Positions 26,601 to 32,000 of a stretch of 32,000 nucleotides of DNA are shown here, one piece after another. Source of the stretch: Candidatus Magnetaquiglobus chichijimensis. Its GTDB lineage: Bacteria; Pseudomonadota; Magnetococcia; Magnetococcales; Magnetaquicoccaceae. The notes below the pieces were generated by a model. It made no database searches. It was not told where the DNA came from and saw only the letters and a list, made by a program, of their open reading frames with translations. A program made the translations under genes and the position numbers. The stretch's first letter is position 1. Every line of letters begins with the position of its first letter. The DNA is taken from positions 435,989 to 467,988 of the forward strand of contig NZ_BAAFGK010000002.1 of assembly GCF_045865675.1 (NCBI RefSeq). The letters are read 5' to 3'.

Positions 26601-29600
26601 GGGAGCGGTTCGGCCTGGGGCTCCCAGGCGAGCCCATGGAGCCAGGCATCCAGATGGGCGGCATCGTCCTCCTCTTGTCCTTTGGGCAGCGCCTTGCAGC
26701 GCAGCTTCTCCAGCGCCACGAAGATCCGGCCATCCCGGTCGCACAGGGTCAGGTCACACTCGATGAAACGGTCGTTGGTCTCCGTGACCAGCAAATGGCA
26801 CCAGAAGGGGGTGGTCGGCGTGGCGTAAAAACGCAGACGCTGGATCCCGACCGGCAGATAGAGCCCGGCATCGGCCTTCATGGTCACCATCAATGCCTGG
26901 AAGCAGGCGTCCAGCAACGATGGATGCAACCGGTAGGCGTCATCCGCCGCGCTCCAGGCGTCGTGGGCCGCCACCTCGACCAGCACCGCGTTTTCGCAGC
27001 GCATCAATTGCTTCAATCCCCGGAACCAGGGTCCGTAATGGAGTCCCATGCCATCCAGTTGCGCGTACACCGTGTCGATGTCCACCTTCTCGGCGCAGAA
27101 TCGACGAATGGCGCCCAGATCCAGATGACCGGCCTCGCCGATCCCCTCCGAGGAGATCACCCCCGAGGCGTGCAGCGACCAGCGATCCGATTGATCCTGT
27201 CGCTGTCCGTGCACGGTGTAGCGGTGCTGACCCGGATCAAAGGCGATGTGCAACTGCACGTCGCCGCTCGTCCCCAGGACCATGGCCTGATGAAAACGGA
27301 GCGACTCCAACAGGCAGGGGGCATCGTCGTTCAAGGCGCGGTGGATCGCCAGTCCGATCTCCACATACCCCGCGCCCGGAAAGACCACCGACCCTTCCAC
27401 CTGGTGATCGCGCACGAAGGGCACCAGGTCGATGTTGATCTGGCTCTCCCAGGCCGGCGAGGGGGTGTTGACCCGTTGGGCCAACAGGGCATGCTCCACC
27501 TGGTAGAGCCGGTCGAACAGCGCCGCCTGGCTCTCCGGCCAGTAGCGTTCCCGCTGCCACGGATAAAGAGGCAGTTCCAGATGCTGCTCGAAAGATTCGG
27601 GATAGAGCCGGCTCCAGTCGAGGGGATAGCCGAAGGTGTGGAGCTTGCCCAGACAGTCGAGCACCGTGGCCCGCTCGGGCTTGCCGCGATTCAACGTGAA
27701 CAACGTTTCGCCCGGGGCGCCGGCGTGTGTCAGACACTCCTTGATCGAGGTGCCCAGCACCGGATGCGGGCCGATCTCGATGAACAGACCGTACCCATCG
27801 GCGATCAGGGATTGAATCGCCGCCGCGAAGAGCACCGGTTCGCGCAGGTTGTCGCACCAGTAATCGGCGTTCCAGTTGGCTTGCGTCACCTGTTTGCCCG
27901 TCACCGTGGAGTAGAGCGGCAGGGTGGGCACGCGGGGATTCAGAGGCTGCAACGCGGTGCGCAGTTCCGGTTTCAAGGGGTCCATGGCCGGGCTGTGATA
28001 GGGGATATCCACCCGCAGGAAGCGGTTGAAGACCCCTCGCTCCGTAAGCTCGCTGGCGATCGCTTCGAGTGCCTCGGCATCGCCGGCCAGATTGGTGGCG
28101 TTGGGGCTGTTGATCGCCGCCACCACCACCTTGCCGCCGTGGGGGGCCAGGACCGTCGGACACTCGTCGGGTTTCAGCCCCACCGCCAGCATCCGTCCCG
28201 CGCCCACCGCCCGTTGTTGCAGGTGGCTGCGATGATAGCTCACCAGCACCGCGTCCTCCAGGCTCAAGACGCCGGCGAGATAGGCTGCCGACACCTCGCC
28301 GAGGCTGTGACCGACGATGGCCGCCGGTTCCACCCCCCAGGCGCGCAGCATGGCCACCAGACCCAGTTGCACCACGAAGTTGCCCGGTTGGGCAAACTGG
28401 GTTTCGGTAATGCGTGATTCCGCCTCCGGACGGCTCATCTCTTCCAGGATCGACCAGCCGCAGACCTTTTGCAACAACCGGTCGATGGTCTCGGCGGTCT
28501 GCCGGAAGATTGGCTCTTCGGCCAGCAGTTGCCGCCCCATGGCCCACCATTGGGGACCCATGCCGGTGAGCACGTAGACCGGGCGCCGGACCTGCCCGGC
28601 GTTGAGTTTGGTGGCGGACAGGGGCAGGGCGTCCGGAGCGGAGAACGCCTTGAGTTGCTCGATCAGGCTCGCCTTGGAGTCGGCCACGATGGCCAGGCGG
28701 CGATCCAGATGGGTGCGGTGGACGCCGGCGGCCCGTCCCAGGTGGGGCAGGGCGGGGGTGTTTTCCTGCTCCAACAGCGCGAGCCAGCGTTTGGCCAGGG
28801 CCTTAAGCCCCCCCTCGCAGCCTGCCGAAAGGGGGATCAGCCAGGGTTTGCCGTCTTCGGCGACCGTTGGACGGGCCGGAATCTCCGGGGCCTGGGAGAG
28901 GATCGCGTGGGCATTGGTGCCGCCGTAGCCAAAGGAGTTGACCCCGACGAAGGCCGGTCCGTCGCCCTCGGGAAGGGGTTGGGCGGTGCGAGCCACCTTC
29001 AGGCGCAGCTCGTTGAAGGGGATGCGCGGATTGAACTCCTGGAGGTTGGCCTGGGGCGGGATTTGACCATGGGCCAGGGTGAGGGTGGCCTTGATGAGTC
29101 CGGCGACGCCGGCGGCGGCTTCCAGGTGACCGATGCTGGATTTGACCGAACCGACGAAACAGGGTTGATCCGCCGGGCGACCCTGGCCATAGACCGCGCC
29201 CAGGGCCTTGCACTCCGTGGGATCGCCCAGGGCGGTGCCGGTGCCGTGGGCCTCGATGTAGCGAATGCGTTTCGGATCGATCCGGCCATCCGCGCACACC
29301 TTTTCGATCAACGCCTGTTGGGCCGGACCGCTCGGCACGGTGATGCCGTTGGTGTGACCATCCTGGTTGGCGCCGGTGGCATGCACCAGGGCGTAGATGT
29401 GGTTGCCGTCGCGCTGGGCCGCGGAGAGCGGTTTCACCAGCACGATGCCGGCCCCCTCGCCGCGTCCATAGCCATCCCCTCGGGCGTCGAAGCTCTTGCT
29501 GCGTCCGTCGGCGGCCAGGAACTGCCCCTTGTGCAAGGCGATGTTGTACTCCGGTCGGATCATCAGGTTGACCCCGCCGGTCACGGCCATGGAACACTCG

Positions 29601-30259
29601 CCGTTCCACACCGCCTGGCAGGCCTGATGGAAGCTCACCAGCGACGAGGAGCAGGCGGTATCCATGGCGATGCTCGGGCCGAGCAGATTGAAGGCGTGGG
29701 AGATGCGGTTGGCCAGCATGGCCAGGTTCACGCCGATGGCCGAGCTGTTGTTGAGCTGGAGCCGGTTCAGGGGGCTCAAGGTGATGGCGGTGAAATCCTG
29801 CATGAAGCCGCCGATGTAGACCCCGGTATTCGAGCCGTTGAGCCGCTCCATGTCCAGACCCGCGTCCTCGCATGCCTCCCACGTCACCTCCAGCAGCAGC
29901 CGTTGTTGCGGATCCATGGCCTGGGCATCGCGGGGCGAGATGCCGAAGAAGAGCGGATCGAAGCCGTCGATGTTGGTTTGCAGAAACCCTCCGTGGCGTA
30001 CCGGCATTTTTCCGGGACGGTTGGGATCCGTATCCGCGAAGCGACCCAGATTCCAGCGTTCCGGCGGGGTTTCGATCACCCCGTCGCGCCCTTCGATGAG
30101 CATGCGCCAGTATTCGGCCCGGCTGTGGGATCCGCCGGGGAAGCGGCAGCCGATGCCGATGATGGCCAGAGGCTCGCGCGGCGGGCGGCGGGTGGAGGGG
30201 GTTTGGGCGGTTTGATGAGCGTTATCCATGAGCTTCCATCTCGTGCAATCGAAATTCAT
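23675..30259 (-). CDS. Type I polyketide synthase, single fully reducing module KS-AT-DH-ER-KR-ACP
   Basis: 2194 aa. An alternative ATG at 30229 has a better GGAAG RBS. Approximate domain coordinates:
- KS 28892..30175: 'DTACSSSLV' with Cys203, 'EAHGTGT', 'GHLEAAAG'.
- AT 27620..28582: 'GHSLGEVSAAY', and FabD-like 'IPYHSPAM', suggesting malonyl.
- DH 26675..27517: 'HQVEGSVVFPGAGYVE'.
- ER 24932..25912: 'LIHGAHGDMGLAAIQVAQ'.
- KR 24320..24871: 'YLITGGFGSFGLELA', 'NYVAANAFLD'.
- ACP 23810..24052: 'LGIDSLTAVEL'.
There is no thioesterase or reductase release domain. Confidence 0.95.
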   Translation of the reverse strand: MNFDCTRWKLMDNAHQTAQTPSTRRPPREPLAIIGIGCRFPGGSHSRAEYWRMLIEGRDGVIETPPERWNLGRFADTDPNRPGKMPVRHGGFLQTNIDGFDPLFFGISPRDAQAMDPQQRLLLEVTWEACEDAGLDMERLNGSNTGVYIGGFMQDFTAITLSPLNRLQLNNSSAIGVNLAMLANRISHAFNLLGPSIAMDTACSSSLVSFHQACQAVWNGECSMAVTGGVNLMIRPEYNIALHKGQFLAADGRSKSFDARGDGYGRGEGAGIVLVKPLSAAQRDGNHIYALVHATGANQDGHTNGITVPSGPAQQALIEKVCADGRIDPKRIRYIEAHGTGTALGDPTECKALGAVYGQGRPADQPCFVGSVKSSIGHLEAAAGVAGLIKATLTLAHGQIPPQANLQEFNPRIPFNELRLKVARTAQPLPEGDGPAFVGVNSFGYGGTNAHAILSQAPEIPARPTVAEDGKPWLIPLSAGCEGGLKALAKRWLALLEQENTPALPHLGRAAGVHRTHLDRRLAIVADSKASLIEQLKAFSAPDALPLSATKLNAGQVRRPVYVLTGMGPQWWAMGRQLLAEEPIFRQTAETIDRLLQKVCGWSILEEMSRPEAESRITETQFAQPGNFVVQLGLVAMLRAWGVEPAAIVGHSLGEVSAAYLAGVLSLEDAVLVSYHRSHLQQRAVGAGRMLAVGLKPDECPTVLAPHGGKVVVAAINSPNATNLAGDAEALEAIASELTERGVFNRFLRVDIPYHSPAMDPLKPELRTALQPLNPRVPTLPLYSTVTGKQVTQANWNADYWCDNLREPVLFAAAIQSLIADGYGLFIEIGPHPVLGTSIKECLTHAGAPGETLFTLNRGKPERATVLDCLGKLHTFGYPLDWSRLYPESFEQHLELPLYPWQRERYWPESQAALFDRLYQVEHALLAQRVNTPSPAWESQINIDLVPFVRDHQVEGSVVFPGAGYVEIGLAIHRALNDDAPCLLESLRFHQAMVLGTSGDVQLHIAFDPGQHRYTVHGQRQDQSDRWSLHASGVISSEGIGEAGHLDLGAIRRFCAEKVDIDTVYAQLDGMGLHYGPWFRGLKQLMRCENAVLVEVAAHDAWSAADDAYRLHPSLLDACFQALMVTMKADAGLYLPVGIQRLRFYATPTTPFWCHLLVTETNDRFIECDLTLCDRDGRIFVALEKLRCKALPKGQEEDDAAHLDAWLHGLAWEPQAEPLPSGLLAPESRDLPILVLEDAGQTGDALARELTGRGAARVVRVVRDKTLAQLDSPHPDLIRIPNHHLEAVFHQTGPCRAVIALWSDFDATQTTDPVGIRSVNDTLSLIQTLTKGENPTGRALPPPRLYVVTRGAQPVHDGAPLSGLHQAALVGLARVSLSEQPNLRATVLDLDPREETGSLAAIAVEVLADSAESEVAWRDGERLVNRMVREASAVLTQNTQPVTDDPTMRPPFALEIGRPGALSSLRLRACERRPPGPGEIEIEVHAAGIGMRDVLRLTQRDPESGSAKSFFGDGIGMEISGVVARTGPGVTAPKRGEAVLAILPGGFRSHVTLPVKSIWTMPRPAGIGDAACGGLPMAFLTAYFGLFRSYSGSGEKVLIHGAHGDMGLAAIQVAQWRGAELFVTADSPEKRKYLRSLGLKHVFDSRFPVYVEQIMAATDDHGVDVIFNTLGGEAGQKSVQALAPFGRFVELGEFAARKDATWNLASVERNASFMSVDLDHLARRKDIMPALLEEISEQFANGTFKPIQTHVFPADRAGEAFEHVQSGQLGKAVLDMRGTGPMTILPPRQEPPLFHADGSYLITGGFGSFGLELAFWMGNQGVRQLVLTGRKGAASEEARQAVARLEAQGVRVMAVAMDVTNANEVNRLIQRIGNAMPPLRGVIHAAAVLDDGLIPDLDPVRMRRVLEPKALGAWHLHLATQSLPLDFFVLFSSVSSLIGNAGQANYVAANAFLDGLAHARRAMGLPGTSINWGALGEVGMAARDKEVEQRLRRGGIHPIAMAQALNAFARVLRWNPAQLGVLHVEWESFAQVNPGATRVPRFSPLIASDAQAGHKGGSQLRGELNDAPEGARRDLLVDHIRALVAKVLGIPNLERVLPHVQLFDLGIDSLTAVELKNKLEAEVGLSLGSSLVFNYPTIDALANFLMTSLFPDTGEQTVPTDAAPAPDQAVAALSDDEAEALLLQELMSTMAQIS

Positions 30260-30296
30260 TCAGCGCGATGTTCCAGCATTGGTGCGCGCGGGTCTG

Positions 30297-31373
30297 TCAC
30301 TCCGGGATCACCGGCATCTCGGTGAAGCGTCCGTCGTGGTTCTTGAGCAGATAGCGGGTCTCGTTTTTGTCCACGATCGCATCGTTGGTCAGAAGGGAGA
30401 TCTTGCCGATGTTGGTGGCGATCACGTAGAGCGGCTGGGCCAGTCCGGTGGTGTGACCGCGCAGGGCATCGCGGATCAGTTCCGAGCCTTTTTCCAGCGG
30501 GGTGCGGAAGTGATCGATGCCCGGTGCCGCCTCGCAATAGAAAAGATAATAGGGACGCACGCGGATGCTCAAGAGTTTTTGATGCAGCTCGCGGAAAACC
30601 GGCACCGTGTCGTTGATCCCCTTGAGCAGCACCGCCTGATTGCCGACGTTGATCCCGCAGGTGGTCAGGTCATAGACCGCGCGGGCGGTGAGTTCGGTGA
30701 TCTCGCGCGGGTGGTTGATCTGGGTGTTGACCCAGATGGGAACCTTGTGATATCCGGACAATTTTTTCATCAGCGAGGCATCGATGCGTTGCGGCAGCAC
30801 CACCGGCAGGCGCGAACCGAAGCGGATCATCTCGATGTGTGGGATCTCCCGCAGCCGGCGGAGGATGTATTCGATCTCGTCGTCGTTGAGCAGCAGGGGA
30901 TCGCCGCCGGTGATCAGCACGTCGCGGACCTCCGGGTGGTCGGCGATCCAGTTGAGGCCCTCGTCCACGTCCAGGCGCAGTTTGAGCACCTTGTCGATGG
31001 TCACCTCGCGCCGGAAGCAGTGGCGACAGTAGATGCCGCAGGTTTGGGTCACCGCGAAGGCCACCCGGTCGCGATACTGGCGGGCGATCGAATCGGGACG
31101 CTTCTCCTCGGTGCTCCGGTTCTCTTTCCAGACCAGATACCCTTCCATGCCCAACTCGTTCTGGAACTCGAGCATGGAGGGGATCACCTGCTTGCGGATC
31201 GGGCAGTTGGGGTCATCCTTGTCCATCAGGCTGGCGAAATAGGGGGTAGTCCCCCAGCGGGTGTGTTTGTGGGCGAGAATGGCTTCCCGTTCCGCAGGGG
31301 TGACGTTGATGAATTTTTCGAGCTTTTCCAGTGTGTTGACGTGATTTTTGAGTTGCTCTCGCCATGCGTTCAT
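30297..31373 (-). CDS. KamA-family radical SAM aminomutase (lysine 2,3-aminomutase-like)
   Basis: 358 aa. 'TTPYFASLMDKDDPNCPIRKQVIPS' matches the KamA N-terminal signature. The radical SAM motif CGIYCRHC is encoded at 31017..31040. 'GINVGNQAVLLKGINDT' is also present. It ends 37 nt upstream of the PKS ORF on the same strand. Confidence 0.85.
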   Translation of the reverse strand: MNAWREQLKNHVNTLEKLEKFINVTPAEREAILAHKHTRWGTTPYFASLMDKDDPNCPIRKQVIPSMLEFQNELGMEGYLVWKENRSTEEKRPDSIARQYRDRVAFAVTQTCGIYCRHCFRREVTIDKVLKLRLDVDEGLNWIADHPEVRDVLITGGDPLLLNDDEIEYILRRLREIPHIEMIRFGSRLPVVLPQRIDASLMKKLSGYHKVPIWVNTQINHPREITELTARAVYDLTTCGINVGNQAVLLKGINDTVPVFRELHQKLLSIRVRPYYLFYCEAAPGIDHFRTPLEKGSELIRDALRGHTTGLAQPLYVIATNIGKISLLTNDAIVDKNETRYLLKNHDGRFTEMPVIPE

Positions 31374-31573
31374 TGCGTGATTACCGCTCGTTTTTTGGGG
31401 GGGCTGGGGCGGGTGTTCGATCTGTTGGAAGGGGTTGAATGATCAAGTGTTCCCTTGCCTATTTATATTCCATGATAGACCCTTTTGCGAGGGAATTGAA
31501 TCTTTTTTTTGCCATGGGTCGGGAATTGTCAATGATTATAATACTGATTCTCAATCCTTGTCGGATGGATTGT

Positions 31574-31843
31574 TTATCGATTACACACCAGTATTGTCAG
31601 AGCTGTCCGCCATCCAAGCAGAAGATTGGACCCATCCGTGGTCAGGGAGGGTTCAAGGGATTTGGGTTGAATGGGTTCTACCGCCAGATGGGTCTTGATC
31701 TGGCGTTCGGACAATTCGTTGCGTTTCTGTTCTGCCAACAGGTCATCGTTGAAGGTCAGGGCGCGGACCGGGTTGTCTTGCCGGATGAAAGCGCAATTTT
31801 GCCGGAGATCGGCCTTGGCTGCGTCGGCAATGACGACATCCAT
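31574..31843 (-). pseudogene. ParE/RelE-family toxin-like ORF, probably degenerate
   Basis: The N-terminal 40 aa, 'MDVVIADAAKADLRQNCAFIRQDNPVRALTFNDDLLAEQ', follow the ParE pattern (A..DL..I..YI..DNP.AA..F...L). The C-terminal half lacks the usual conserved basic and aromatic/His residues. Upstream, a short ORF with an RHH-like 'ERSITLPSD' strand is interrupted by a stop or frameshift. Confidence 0.35.
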
Positions 31844-32000
31844 GTCAGCAGGTATTGCCGCATCTCTTCACGCACCTGCTCCGGCGCGGACCTGACTGGC
31901 CCTGTCGGATGGGAGCGTGATGGAGCGTTCGGCGTCTGGCATGGGCGGGTTCTGGAACACGATCATGGAAGGTGAACGCAGGTCCGATTCTAGACAACCT

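Noticed and set aside
23579-28417. 1612-aa plus-strand ORF, together with the 28469..30325 and 30228..31442 plus-strand ORFs
   Set aside because: They are antisense to the PKS and KamA genes, whose domain motifs are unambiguous. The translations are Arg/Gly/His/Gln-rich and repetitive with no recognisable domains.
31439-31975. 178-aa plus-strand ORF at the right edge
   Set aside because: It spans the AT-rich KamA upstream region and runs antisense to the ParE-like ORF. The translation has no motif, contains odd Cys/Gly-rich stretches, and has no RBS.

Overview
This is a high-GC bacterial chromosomal window, probably proteobacterial. Most genes look about 60-70% G+C by eye.

Contents from left to right:
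- A cobalamin-uptake pair: a partial btuF-like gene and a convergent btuB-like TonB-dependent receptor, the latter preceded by a clearly recognisable cobalamin riboswitch.
- A minus-strand Dlt-like operon: DltC-like carrier protein, DltB-like MBOAT and DltA-like adenylase.
- A divergent tesA-like SGNH esterase and ybbA-like ABC ATPase whose start codons overlap.
- Two convergent methyl-accepting chemotaxis proteins that share a periplasmic CxxCH (heme c) sensor region. The longer one also carries CZB-like and hemerythrin modules.
- A three-module protein: MtrA-like, thymidylate-synthase-like and DUF4346-like.
- A translationally coupled trio: exported or anchored protein, Tat-signal DUF362-like protein and membrane polyferredoxin.
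- A small membrane protein.
- htpG, with a sigma-32-type promoter and a clean intrinsic terminator.
- A roughly 1.9 kb islet of about 30% G+C, bounded by inverted copies of a 25-bp repeat and carrying one orphan 418-aa ORF.
- A 2194-aa fully reducing type I PKS (KS-AT-DH-ER-KR-ACP, no TE), preceded by a KamA-family radical SAM aminomutase.
- A decayed ParDE-like remnant at the right edge.

I saw no rRNA, tRNA, CRISPR array or recognisable transposase. Many long ORFs in the six-frame track are antisense artefacts of high GC.

The best candidates for something undescribed are the low-GC islet gene, the KamA-PKS pair, the Dlt-like operon with an atypical MBOAT, the DUF362/polyferredoxin trio and the multi-metal chemoreceptor. 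All functional calls come from motif recognition by eye. No database search was run.
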